A program made the translations under genes and the position numbers. Of a stretch of DNA of 64,000 bases, positions 38,002 to 47,619 are shown in pieces (the first letter of the stretch is position 1; every line of letters begins with the position of its first letter). Below the pieces are notes generated by a model that was given only the letters and a program-made list of their open reading frames with translations, was not told where the DNA came from and searched no databases. Source of the stretch: an uncultured Gammaproteobacteria bacterium (GTDB taxonomy: Bacteria; Patescibacteriota; Microgenomatia; UBA10105; UBA927); assembly GCA_964449585.1 (NCBI GenBank), contig CAYUZE010000002.1:116833-180832 (forward strand). The letters are read 5' to 3'.

Positions 38002-40551
38002 TTAATGATGGTAATACAAATGGCGTCCGTATTTCTTGCGGAGCTCGGAAGCGATAAGGAGTAAGCTCGTGATCGCCACGCTTGCCACCGAGAATATAAT
38101 CGGCGGTGCCGTGGTTTCAAACACTTTTTCAAATGCCGGCACCTCCAACAGCAGAACCTGCATAATGATGATGACAACGGGAAGCAAAATCCACGGGAAC
38201 TTCTTGGGCGAGAGTTTGAGAATCGTCTTGTTGCGGCTTGCGATGTCGTAGAAGATGTATTGCTGTGCCAAAATAATGGCCAAAAACGCGAGCGTACGCC
38301 CCAGCGTGATATCGACCTTGGAGCCTATCACAAACGAAACCAGTGTCGCCACCGTGGTGATGAGTCCCACTTCGATAAACCAGATCACGTCATGTTTATT
38401 GAAAATGGCCTTTTCCGTACGCGGTTTCTGACTCATAATGTCTCCCTGTTTCGGAGTAAGGGATAAGCCGATGGCGGGGAGTCCGTCCGTGACCAGGTTA
38501 ACGTACAGGATATGTAGCGGGCTTAAGATAAACGGCCATCCCAAAAGAACGCCGCCCGTAATGGCACCGATTTCTCCGAGATTACAGCCGATCAGGTATT
38601 TGGTCGTCGATTTGATATTGTCAAAAATGGTGCGCCCTTCTTCGATGGCAACGACAAGCGATGCGTAATTATCATCCGTGATAATCATGTCGGACGCTTC
38701 TTTGGCCACGTCGGTACCCGTAATTCCCATGGCGACGCCGACATCCGCCTGTTTGAGCGCCAGGGCGTCATTGACGCCGTCGCCCGTGACTGCCACGACA
38801 TGTCCCATTTTCTGGAGCAAACGGACGATGCGATACTTCTGTTCGGGTGTGGTGCGGGCAAAGATGCGGGTCTTTTCCAATGCTTTCATGGCTTCCGCGT
38901 CGGAAAGTTTCTCAAATTGGGCGCCCGTGAGTACCTGATCGCCTTTTTGTAACAAGCCGACTTCGGCGCCGATTGCCTGGGCGGTGAGCTCGTTATCTCC
39001 CGTGATCATCACGGTTGTAATGCCCGCCCGTTGGGCAAGTTTTACCGCACCCGCAATCTGCGGCCGGGGAGGATCGGCAATACCCACAAATCCCAAAAAG
39101 ATCAGATCATGTTCCACCTTTTCCCGGGGCTGGTTTTTCCAGGTGATTTCCTTTTTGGCAAGCGCGATCATGCGAAGCCCCTTGGCGGCAAAGGTCCGGA
39201 AGGCTTTTTCAATCTTTTTGCGTTCGGTGTCGGAAAGTTCCATGACTTTTCCGCCCGTTTTGTAGCGGTTACATTGCAGAAGTACCGACTCGGGAGCTCC
39301 TTTGGTAAAGGCCGTGGTCGTTTTGCCCTGTTGCCACACGACGGTCATCATTTTCACCAGGGAATTGAACGCAAATTCTTCGACGAGTTTGCCGTCATTG
39401 CGGAACTCTTCAGGCTGTTTGCCCATATCATGGGAAAATAACAACAGCGATCCTTCCGTCTTGTCGCCGATGACGGTCGGCGGCTCGCCTTTGTAGACGA
39501 CGGAAAGGCTGGCGTTGTTGCACAGTACGCCGACCTCCAGAAGTTCCGACAGGTGCGCGGGTTGCTTCTTTTGCAGTTCGGCAATTTTGTGCGAAACTCC
39601 CGACGCCCATACGTCGGTTACGCGCATGTCATTTTGGGTAAGCGTCCCCGTTTTGTCAGTGGCTATTACCGTGACACTGCCCAACGACTCGATGGCGGAT
39701 AATTTTCGGAGGATCGCGCGTTGCCTGGCCATGCGTTGGGTACCCACGGCAAGGGTGATTGTGACCACGGCCGGCAGACCCTCGGGGACGGCGGCAACGG
39801 CAAGGCTGATGGCGGTAAGAATCGATTCAAACAGCGGGTCCTTTCGAATAAACCCCAAGCCGAAAATAATGCCTGCACACGTGAGTGCGACAACGCCTAA
39901 CTGTTTGCCCAATACCGCCATTTTCTTCTCCAGCGGCGTTTCTTCGTCCGTGATTTCACCTAGTTTAGTCGCGATCGAGCCGAATTTGGTGCGCATACCC
40001 GTTTGAGTAACTTTTGCGGTCGCCCTTCCTTGCGTAACGATCGTGCCCATGTATATCTCGTTATCGGTTGTCGTGTTTTTTTCGACGGGGAGCGATTCAC
40101 CGGTCAGCGCCGCTTCGTTAAATTCCACATGAAGCGCCTCGATAAGTATGGCGTCTGCGGGGACTTTGTCTCCTTCTTCGAGGAAGATGATATCTCCGGG
40201 GACAATATCGGTACTGGGAAGTTCCTTTACCTGATTATCCCGAAGCACTTTCACCACGCCTACCGTCATGCGTTTGAGCGCCGCAAGCGCTTTTTCCGCT
40301 TTAAATTCCTGGGCAAATCCCAAGATGGCATTCAGAATAAGGATGGTGAGAATGAGGATACCGTCAAGTTCATCACCCAGAATAAACGAGAGACCCGCCG
40401 CACCCATCAGCATGAGGACGAGGATGTTTTTGAACTGGTCAATGAAGATAGAGAGCGGAGAGTGAGCCGACGCCTCGCTTAGCGCGTTTGGGCCGAATTT
40501 CGTGAGTAGCTCGGCGGCTTTGGTACTCGAAAGATGTGGCGTACGTATCAC
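38002..40551 (-). CDS. cation-transporting P-type ATPase (type II, Ca2+-ATPase-like)
   Basis: 849 aa; DKTGTLT phosphorylation site; PEGLP, TGDN and GDGVNDALAL motifs; about 10 TM helices. Confidence 0.9.
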   Translation of the reverse strand: MIRTPHLSSTKAAELLTKFGPNALSEASAHSPLSIFIDQFKNILVLMLMGAAGLSFILGDELDGILILTILILNAILGFAQEFKAEKALAALKRMTVGVVKVLRDNQVKELPSTDIVPGDIIFLEEGDKVPADAILIEALHVEFNEAALTGESLPVEKNTTTDNEIYMGTIVTQGRATAKVTQTGMRTKFGSIATKLGEITDEETPLEKKMAVLGKQLGVVALTCAGIIFGLGFIRKDPLFESILTAISLAVAAVPEGLPAVVTITLAVGTQRMARQRAILRKLSAIESLGSVTVIATDKTGTLTQNDMRVTDVWASGVSHKIAELQKKQPAHLSELLEVGVLCNNASLSVVYKGEPPTVIGDKTEGSLLLFSHDMGKQPEEFRNDGKLVEEFAFNSLVKMMTVVWQQGKTTTAFTKGAPESVLLQCNRYKTGGKVMELSDTERKKIEKAFRTFAAKGLRMIALAKKEITWKNQPREKVEHDLIFLGFVGIADPPRPQIAGAVKLAQRAGITTVMITGDNELTAQAIGAEVGLLQKGDQVLTGAQFEKLSDAEAMKALEKTRIFARTTPEQKYRIVRLLQKMGHVVAVTGDGVNDALALKQADVGVAMGITGTDVAKEASDMIITDDNYASLVVAIEEGRTIFDNIKSTTKYLIGCNLGEIGAITGGVLLGWPFILSPLHILYVNLVTDGLPAIGLSLTPKQGDIMSQKPRTEKAIFNKHDVIWFIEVGLITTVATLVSFVIGSKVDITLGRTLAFLAIILAQQYIFYDIASRNKTILKLSPKKFPWILLPVVIIIMQVLLLEVPAFEKVFETTAPPIIFSVASVAITSLLLIASELRKKYGRHLYYHH

Positions 40552-40582
40552 GAGATGAAAGATAGTATAGCAAAGTCCGCCG

Positions 40583-41509
40583 TTACAAGGAAAGGGTTAT
40601 TTTGTATACCGGAAAATCTTTCCCTCCCAGATCATACTTATACCGTTCGCTTCCCTGAAGGAAGTTGTAGTGCGTGAGTTTCTGCTCGATCGCCCAGGCG
40701 ATCGTCTTTACTTTTATATACCAGCCTGCGCCCGGATACTGCGGATCAAACCCCGAATTATAGAGGAGTAATGCATCACGAGTCTGAAACGCCAGGGTTA
40801 CGGCAATGATTTTTTCGCCTGCCGTTAACACAAACTGGCGAAGCGAATCGGGTGCAACAGCGGGGAGTCCCGCAAAAAATTCCGTCACCTCGGTGGTCAA
40901 AAATGTCGCTTTATCCGTATCATGCTTCATGAGGAAGATGAGATCGTTGATGCGTATGGCATCGGTTTCCCGTACGGAAAAGGTGAGATCGGTATGCTCC
41001 GCTTCAAACTTCTTCATTTTACGGCGCAATTCATGGCGATCCTTGCGATCGAGCGCGGCAAGATACCCTTCATAAGAATCGGGAAGCGTAAGGATCGGTG
41101 TCGTGTCTTCTTGTGAGATATCAGCGCCCGGCACGGTACGAAAATACGCAAGCGTCGGGGAGCCTTCGGGGATATTCCGAAGCAAGAGGGACGTTGCTTT
41201 TTGTTCCTTGAGTGCAGGAAGGGCTTCTTGCCAGAGCGATAGTTTAGTATCGTCGTCGCCTATGGCGTCAAGATAATCGGCGATTTCCTCTCCCCCCGTA
41301 AAGTGAACGATGCCGTCCTTTACGGCAAGCGGAAGGATAACCGATCCTGCAGAATCGGCAACGAGCGAAAGCGTTTCATTCGCCCCAAAGTGGGAATACC
41401 AGTGCGCATGCCAGGACAGGGTAGAAAACGGATACGGATTTTTTTCCCGTGCGAGCGCCTTTTCCCACAACGAAGAAATGGTCGGCGTAAATTGCGTAAA
41501 AATCTCCAT
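40583..41509 (-). CDS. acyl-CoA N-acyltransferase-fold protein (BioF2/FemAB-like GNAT-related)
   Basis: Fold-level resemblance only; start set to the internal Met (MEIFTQF) so it does not overlap the divergent gene. Confidence 0.4.
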   Translation of the reverse strand: MEIFTQFTPTISSLWEKALAREKNPYPFSTLSWHAHWYSHFGANETLSLVADSAGSVILPLAVKDGIVHFTGGEEIADYLDAIGDDDTKLSLWQEALPALKEQKATSLLLRNIPEGSPTLAYFRTVPGADISQEDTTPILTLPDSYEGYLAALDRKDRHELRRKMKKFEAEHTDLTFSVRETDAIRINDLIFLMKHDTDKATFLTTEVTEFFAGLPAVAPDSLRQFVLTAGEKIIAVTLAFQTRDALLLYNSGFDPQYPGAGWYIKVKTIAWAIEQKLTHYNFLQGSERYKYDLGGKDFPVYKITLSL

Positions 41510-41531
41510 ATGTGTATTATAATCCACAGAC

Positions 41532-42212
41532 ATGAAAAAGACCGTATTTTGTGTGATAGCGCACCCCGACGATGAAGCGTTCGGTCCGTCGGGAACGATT
41601 GCGATTCTTGCCAAGACGTATGACGTGCACGTTATTTGCGTGACGGACGGCGCTTCCGATCCGCGGTTTCACCCGGTCGGCGGCAAAACGCTTGCCGACA
41701 TGCGGAAAGAAGAGCTCGCCGCATCGGCCAATGCGTTGGGAGTGTCCAAAGTACATATGTTGGGTTTTGCGGACGGCACGCTCAACAATAATACATACCA
41801 TGCAATAGCCGATGCCCTGCAAAAGCTTGTTGACGCACACAAGCCCTCGCTTCTTATCACCACGGAGCTTCGGGGTGTTTCCGGGCACCTGGATCACGTC
41901 GCCGTTGCGATGGTAACAAGCTACGTGTATAGCAAAAATGCCGATATCGATGCGATTTGGTATAACTGCGCCAGCCGCGATGTGAGTGATAGCATGCAGG
42001 ATTACTTTGTCTTTTTCCCTCCCGGGTTTTTGCGGGAAGAAGTGGATATGGTCGTGGATATCTCGGGCGTATTTACCCAAAAAGTCGCCGCCGCACATTG
42101 CCATACCTCACAGCAAAAAGATGTGGATCGCGTGGTGACCCGCTGGATGACTGTCCCCAAGGAAGAATGGTTTTTTGTGACCAAACGTCGGGATGTGGCA
42201 ATCGCGCGTTAG
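41532..42212 (+). CDS. PIG-L/LmbE family deacetylase
   Basis: AHPDDE motif at the N-terminus and HxDH later; TATAAT lies 8 nt upstream of the ATG. Confidence 0.75.
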   Translation: MKKTVFCVIAHPDDEAFGPSGTIAILAKTYDVHVICVTDGASDPRFHPVGGKTLADMRKEELAASANALGVSKVHMLGFADGTLNNNTYHAIADALQKLVDAHKPSLLITTELRGVSGHLDHVAVAMVTSYVYSKNADIDAIWYNCASRDVSDSMQDYFVFFPPGFLREEVDMVVDISGVFTQKVAAAHCHTSQQKDVDRVVTRWMTVPKEEWFFVTKRRDVAIAR

Positions 42213-42213
42213 G

Positions 42214-42687
42214 TTATCCGCGCTTGGACTTCTTTACCAATTTGGCGATATAGACGATTTCGCGAACCTCACCGTCCTCGCCTTCAATCTCGTTTGTGCC
42301 TGAAAGTTTGGCGTATTCGCGCAGATACTCCGACTGGGCGGTAGCCAAGTATTTGTTTTCCTGCGTCATGTCTTTCACTTTTTCCGCGATCTGTTTGGTG
42401 GCGGGGTTTTGCATGACGGCGGCCTTTGCTTTGCCCTTCTCCTTATTGGCTTCTTTGGCTTTGTCGGCGGCTTCTTTGTACGTGCTGTCGTTTAGAAGCG
42501 CACTTTCGAGCATCTCCTTGTACTTTTTGAGCTCGTTTTTGTTACGGTCAATGACGGTGACCGTATTTTTGATCATGTTTTCAAGCTCAAGCACCGTATC
42601 GGCACTCGGGCTATCGGAGGAAACTTCGGGAGCAATAACATCGGCATCCTGTACGGAATCGGGAGAAAGTTGATCATTCATATCCAA
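42214..42687 (-). CDS. hypothetical acidic coiled-coil protein
   Basis: 157 aa; Lys/Glu-rich heptad-like sequence. Confidence 0.45.
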   Translation of the reverse strand: MDMNDQLSPDSVQDADVIAPEVSSDSPSADTVLELENMIKNTVTVIDRNKNELKKYKEMLESALLNDSTYKEAADKAKEANKEKGKAKAAVMQNPATKQIAEKVKDMTQENKYLATAQSEYLREYAKLSGTNEIEGEDGEVREIVYIAKLVKKSKRG

Positions 42688-42766
42688 CTATTTAAAAGCA
42701 AAAGTACTCCTTCACGCAAGAGGGGAAACGGTTGATGAAAAGCTTTAAATAGCCTATAATACACAG

Positions 42767-43156
42767 ATGACCATTAGGGAGACCATATTTCAGCCTGCCA
42801 TATTTCCCGAGCAAACGACACTCGCCGGTGTTGATCGCGCAATAAGAGGTTATACGGGCACGCCGCTTGTACATTGGTATCGCCAGCCGGGGGTGTACAC
42901 GCTCAACGATCTCAGGTGGAATAATGTCTCGCATAACTGGAAGCTGACGGTCCGAACGGACGGCACGGGATTATTGGAGATTCAACCGACCAGGGAAGAC
43001 GCGGTGATCGCTCAGCTGGGTATTCCGGGTGAATTTTTGCAGGTCTCGACCGTGTTACGGCGAAAAAGCGCACCGGCGGTACTCCTCGGGTCGCAACATA
43101 TGCCGGGCGGATCGCGGAACGTCATTTTCAAAATGCTTGAGTACGTGGAAGAGTAA
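42767..43156 (+). CDS. hypothetical protein
   Basis: 129 aa ORF; no motif. Confidence 0.45.
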   Translation: MTIRETIFQPAIFPEQTTLAGVDRAIRGYTGTPLVHWYRQPGVYTLNDLRWNNVSHNWKLTVRTDGTGLLEIQPTREDAVIAQLGIPGEFLQVSTVLRRKSAPAVLLGSQHMPGGSRNVIFKMLEYVEE

Positions 43157-43203
43157 ATCGCCGGATTGTTGGTAATTCGGACTCAGTACAATAGAATCAA
43201 TAT

Positions 43204-43452
43204 ATGCGTGGACAAATAAAAGAAGAGGAACCCCTCTGCAAAGACTGCAAAGCGTTTGTCGCGGCCGGCAAGCGCGGGATGCTTCAGTTTCCTGACGGAA
43301 GATTTTACTTGGTCACCGGACGCTGTGGCAATGAGCAAAGTCAACTGAAGGGCAAGGATCTCGCCGGGGCTTTTACCGCCTCAACCAACGCGGTGCATCA
43401 TAAGCTAGCTAACATCACCACTCGAATAACCTGCTTTGTGAGGAAAACCTAA
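43204..43452 (+). CDS. hypothetical small Cys-containing protein
   Basis: 82 aa; CxxC plus two further Cys. Confidence 0.35.
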   Translation: MRGQIKEEEPLCKDCKAFVAAGKRGMLQFPDGRFYLVTGRCGNEQSQLKGKDLAGAFTASTNAVHHKLANITTRITCFVRKT

Positions 43453-43664
43453 AGCTTCTCTTCTTCTTTTCTTTTGCGTTTCGGTCGAATTGAGCGCTTT
43501 TCGTGTTTTTTCCACTCTTTCTCATCTTCGCCCACGGGAAAGCACGGCATGGGGCAGATCATGGAGTCGCCGGGAATTTCGTTGAGATTCGGTCGAGGAA
43601 TTTCCACTTCATGACCGTCACCCCAATCAAATGTTTTCTTTTTTGTTTCAGTATTGGCACTCAT
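43449..43664 (-). CDS. hypothetical small basic protein (CPxPC motif)
   Basis: 71 aa when started at the internal Met; the longer ORF-track form (to 43811) overlaps tRNA-Glu and is rejected. Confidence 0.3.
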   Translation of the reverse strand: MSANTETKKKTFDWGDGHEVEIPRPNLNEIPGDSMICPMPCFPVGEDEKEWKKHEKRSIRPKRKRKEEEKL

Positions 43665-43730
43665 AAGAAATGAAAGGAGATTATACCAATTTGTGGTGTT
43701 TTTTGTTACAATTATAGAGTTCTCTTGACC

Positions 43731-43804
43731 GCCCCCTTCGTCTAGCGGCCTAGGACAACGGGTTTTCAGCCCGTGAATCGCCGGTTCGAATCCGGCAGGG
43801 GGTA
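43731..43804 (+). tRNA. tRNA-Glu (anticodon UUC)
   Basis: GCCCCCUUCGUCUAGCGGCCUAGGACAACGGGUUUUCAGCCCGUGAAUCGCCGGUUCGAAUCCGGCAGGGGGUA; closely resembles canonical tRNA-Glu, with a G1-U72 wobble pair. Confidence 0.85.
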
Positions 43805-43868
43805 CATACAAAAAAAGCCCGGCATTTGCCGTCTTTCGATTTGAATGGGGTATGAGATTCCTATCGTG

Positions 43869-44465
43869 CTAACCCTCAGCACGCAACGCTGTTACGACGC
43901 CCTGATACACCTCTTCCGGCTGACCGATCGCGCGGACGTGCAACGAGTGCCAACCGTTTTCCCGTATCGCCTTCATACGAAACCCCAGCATGTCATAAAA
44001 ATGCCCCAGCCGACGTATAACACCCTGGGGCGTATCGTCCTCCCTTGCTCTCGCATTTTCGCCCGACACTAACCTAACGAGGCTTAACCAACCCGGGATT
44101 CTGAGTGATACGACGGTCACCGGCATATCTAATTGTGTTTCTTGTAGCAATCGGGGGTAGCCCCGGGTTTCTTCTACGGTTCTAAATGGCCCGTCCAATA
44201 TAAAGCCGCGGGTTAAGTCCCCCTGAGCAAACCGCCGCCTCATGACGTCAAGCAACATGTATGGCGGAAAATACGCATTTTCCGCAAACATTTTTCTTGC
44301 CGCCTCCCCGATTTCCGTGGTGTCATTTTTTGCATATTCACGTAAAAGGTCGCCGGGATACACACGCGGCAATCCGGTTTCTGCGGCCAACCGTTTGGTG
44401 ATGGTGGATTTTCCCGAGCCTTCGGGACCGATGATTCCGATAATCTTGCCTTCAAATCGTGTCAT
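43869..44465 (-). CDS. adk: adenylate kinase (short form)
   Basis: P-loop GPEGSGKST, GFILDGPFRT (GFLLDGFPRT-like) and a RxxxDD LID remnant; start at the internal Met. Confidence 0.7.
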   Translation of the reverse strand: MTRFEGKIIGIIGPEGSGKSTITKRLAAETGLPRVYPGDLLREYAKNDTTEIGEAARKMFAENAYFPPYMLLDVMRRRFAQGDLTRGFILDGPFRTVEETRGYPRLLQETQLDMPVTVVSLRIPGWLSLVRLVSGENARAREDDTPQGVIRRLGHFYDMLGFRMKAIRENGWHSLHVRAIGQPEEVYQGVVTALRAEG

Positions 44466-44662
44466 AGTATTTCGTTTCTTGGCGATTATACGCTCTTGCC
44501 GTGAATTTTTCATGTTTTAGGCGACTTGCATTGTGAAGGGTGAAAGTACAGACCTATCCCGATGTGAGAAGAGAAGCGCACCTCCGAAGTGTGTGAGGGT
44601 TAGAAGTAGGGAGTAAGGTACCCCGTATATGGCACGCTAAAATTTTTCGCGCACGGAATTGC

Positions 44663-44926
44663 TTAACTTCGTTCTTTGGCAGTTGCCGATTGGGAATATT
44701 TTTCCTTAAGCTCTTCGGCTTGCCGTTCAATAAAAATTCTTCTCCGATGCATTTCTACAATGGGTTTATCCAATCTGCCGAATTTTGAAATCCAATGACG
44801 AATGTGTTCACGAATTTCGCGAGCTGATTGCTCGGATATTTTTCTCGGTCGAATAGTCATATATATGTTATGTATTTCTATATAAATTTCCCTTTTGAGT
44901 GTTACAGCGAATATTAAATCTTTCAA
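44663..44926 (-). CDS. hypothetical small basic protein
   Basis: 87 aa ORF, first of three co-directional small ORFs upstream of adk. Confidence 0.35.
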   Translation of the reverse strand: MKDLIFAVTLKREIYIEIHNIYMTIRPRKISEQSAREIREHIRHWISKFGRLDKPIVEMHRRRIFIERQAEELKEKYSQSATAKERS

Positions 44927-44933
44927 AATTTTG

Positions 44934-45302
44934 TTAGCGACGCGTGTATGCGTGTGATTTTTTCCGCCAGGATTTGGCGCCGGTTATGTTAGTAAGCTCC
45001 TTCATAACCAACGCATCATTTTCTCTATTGGTGACGGTGCCGATAATTTTCTTACCGGTGAGGCTAACGATCATGCCTGTTTTTCCTTCCCCCGGGACGA
45101 TACGAATGCTATGGCCTCGTTCATTCGGAAAAAGCGGATCGGTCATGTCAGCGCTTGCCCAATCGTCGCCGGGTATATCAAGTGCACTTATTCTGTCACA
45201 TTGATTTTCGAGCTTTTCCCGTGCATCACCTTTGCTTCTCCGAGCCATTACATCGTTCCGGAGTCTTCTTATTGCTGAAAGAATTTCTAGCGGTGATGCC
45301 AT
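44934..45302 (-). CDS. hypothetical protein
   Basis: 122 aa ORF, 8 nt from its neighbour. Confidence 0.4.
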   Translation of the reverse strand: MASPLEILSAIRRLRNDVMARRSKGDAREKLENQCDRISALDIPGDDWASADMTDPLFPNERGHSIRIVPGEGKTGMIVSLTGKKIIGTVTNRENDALVMKELTNITGAKSWRKKSHAYTRR

Positions 45303-45341
45303 ATCGGTGTAAGCGTATAGAAATCGGGTACCGATAGCCGA

Positions 45342-45743
45342 TTATCTCATATCTTCAGCAAGGCGGGATGCCGCAGGTTTTCGCGGATACCGTGCCTTGT
45401 CGTGTTTAAGAAGTGATTCCAACCCTTCAATGACGAACGGATACACGAGTTCATGGTGCCGGGCATTTTCATAGAGACGGGTGAGATGTGTACCGTTATT
45501 CCGTTTGCGCAGGCGATACCGCATATTTCTTGACCCGTCCGTCCCTCGCAGACTATCCGTTTCTGCCTGGGTAACACCACGACATGCCAATAGCAGAATC
45601 TTGAGCTCTTCTAGGGTGTACGCAAAATCACCCGCTTCAATAAGCAGTCGTTTTCCGCCTCGCCCGTTCACGCGGTAACAGCGAATTTCCTTTCCGAGAT
45701 AGAGCGGAATTCTTGGTTGTGCAGATTCTTTCACGAAGGGCAT
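45342..45743 (-). CDS. hypothetical protein (possible helix-turn-helix segment)
   Basis: 133 aa; the segment YTLEELKILLLACRGVTQAETDSL is HTH-like (inference). Confidence 0.4.
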   Translation of the reverse strand: MPFVKESAQPRIPLYLGKEIRCYRVNGRGGKRLLIEAGDFAYTLEELKILLLACRGVTQAETDSLRGTDGSRNMRYRLRKRNNGTHLTRLYENARHHELVYPFVIEGLESLLKHDKARYPRKPAASRLAEDMR

Positions 45744-45819
45744 AGTATATCACAACTATAGGTCTTAATCGAGCGACTTACCACATCTATGAATTTTTTC
45801 CGGGGATGCGCTAGTATGG

Positions 45820-46149
45820 TTGTATATGAAAAATTTTCTGATCATTCTCATCGTATTGGGGGTACTTGGAGGAGCGGGGTATTACGGGTACCAGTACCTT
45901 GCCAAGCCCGCGTTTCCGACGCAGGCGACGGAAGAAAGCACGGGTTCCCAAACGGATACGGTGAGCGGGCTCCTTATGCCCGGAAAAGGGGATGATTACA
46001 GCTATATATTGCGCACTGATCAGGGAAAGACCGTCGGCATCGCTTCGCAAAAGATCGATCTCTCGGCATATTCCGGAAAGAAAGTGACGATTACGGGGTC
46101 CTATTCCGGTAGCACGCTTTATGCCTATACCGTTAGTGAAACGGAGTGA
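45820..46149 (+). CDS. hypothetical small secreted or membrane-anchored protein
   Basis: 109 aa; N-terminal TM/signal anchor; Gly/Tyr-rich. Confidence 0.45.
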   Translation: MYMKNFLIILIVLGVLGGAGYYGYQYLAKPAFPTQATEESTGSQTDTVSGLLMPGKGDDYSYILRTDQGKTVGIASQKIDLSAYSGKKVTITGSYSGSTLYAYTVSETE

Positions 46150-46619
46150 GACGGGGCACTATTAGGCGAAGAGTGACTGTCGGTGCAACGTGTTTGCCAA
46201 GGCGTGAAGCAGTTTTGCCCATTTTTGATGATCGGCGATACCACGCTGATATTCTTTCTCCAGCTCGGTGTATTGGGTGCAAAATTGATCAAACGTCGGG
46301 CGGAATTTTTCGCGGAGATTTCGCTCGGATAACGCATCGATATTTTTTCGGGTAAGTTTCAAAAATAGCGTGATGTTTGACTGTTGTTGACTGAAGCCCT
46401 TCAGTGTCCAATTGCCGATCTGGATAAGATTGCCTGCAATATCCTGGATAATCTCTCGGGAGTTAGTAGGATCGATTGACTGGTGAGGTGTAGATTTAAT
46501 ACTTCTTAGTATAATCGGTTTTCGGAAAATTGTACAGTTAGCTTTTTTTGTCCGAAGGCCAATGGGGGGATAGGTTCGAAGAAAAAAAAGAGAGTATTCT
46601 CAACGGATACGTCTTTTCA

Positions 46620-46880
46620 TCAAGACCCCGCAAACATTTCTGTTGCCGCTTTTCGTGCTGTTTCCGTTCGTCGTTTTACAAATGCATCCAGTTTTTTCCC
46701 TTTTAATCCCATCGCTTTGCCTTCCAATACAAATTCCGGAGCCGCCCAGTCCAGTACATTTGCCACATGATCGGCGGGCATCGGGGCGACGGAGGGCGCA
46801 AGCCTGGGGTGCCCTTGCGGTCGTTTTAACAATAACTTTGCTCTTTCTAACATGGCCATATTATACCATGAATCATGCAA
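46620..46880 (-). CDS. hypothetical protein (weak)
   Basis: 86 aa ORF. Confidence 0.3.
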   Translation of the reverse strand: MHDSWYNMAMLERAKLLLKRPQGHPRLAPSVAPMPADHVANVLDWAAPEFVLEGKAMGLKGKKLDAFVKRRTETARKAATEMFAGS

Positions 46881-46928
46881 ATATGTCCTATAGTTGATTG
46901 TTATAGCTTCATTTACTATAATTCGGTG

Positions 46929-47597
46929 ATGGTAATGACCGAAACACCGTCACGCCTTTCCCCCAAAGAACGCATGCGGGTGCGTGACCTCATCGCCAAA
47001 CAACCGACACTTCCGTTTCTTGAGGTCGGCTATCACTTGCGCAATGAAGCAGAAGCAAAAGATATGTTGGAGCTCCTCGATACCTTTGCGCCGAACCGAA
47101 TATACGCCGGACTCGCGGGTTGCAGAAAAGCGGGGGTCGTTATCCACTCCGAGCGTCGGCTCAGGATGAAATATCGCGATGCAATGTCGCTTGCAACGAT
47201 ACGGGGTATCCGACGGGAATGGCCGCTTGTTGCAGGACACGTGGACGGCAGGTTGCCGCTTGAACTTCCGACAATCAAACATGAAAAGATTGCCAATAGG
47301 CCCGCAAATAGATTTTTTTATGACATCGACCTTGCCGTCATCGATAAGGATGCGACTGAGGCCACGCGTTTTGAAGCAGAAATAGGGACGTTAAGCGGTA
47401 CAAAAATTGAGTTATTCATCCTTTCACCGCAACGATTGCTTACCGAAGGTCATCCGTTTTATCCGTCCATTTTCTATAATTCACTCCGTCTGCCGTACCC
47501 GTATATACGGCATCGAAAAGACGTAAATTTTGACCGTATCTTTGCGGGATGGCGCAAAGAAGGGAGAAAGGCCAATTTGTCCGTCGAAGGACGTTAG
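46929..47597 (+). CDS. hypothetical protein
   Basis: 222 aa from MVMTETP; no confident family. Confidence 0.45.
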   Translation: MVMTETPSRLSPKERMRVRDLIAKQPTLPFLEVGYHLRNEAEAKDMLELLDTFAPNRIYAGLAGCRKAGVVIHSERRLRMKYRDAMSLATIRGIRREWPLVAGHVDGRLPLELPTIKHEKIANRPANRFFYDIDLAVIDKDATEATRFEAEIGTLSGTKIELFILSPQRLLTEGHPFYPSIFYNSLRLPYPYIRHRKDVNFDRIFAGWRKEGRKANLSVEGR

Positions 47598-47619
47598 GCA
47601 ACCATATATCCCATACTTG

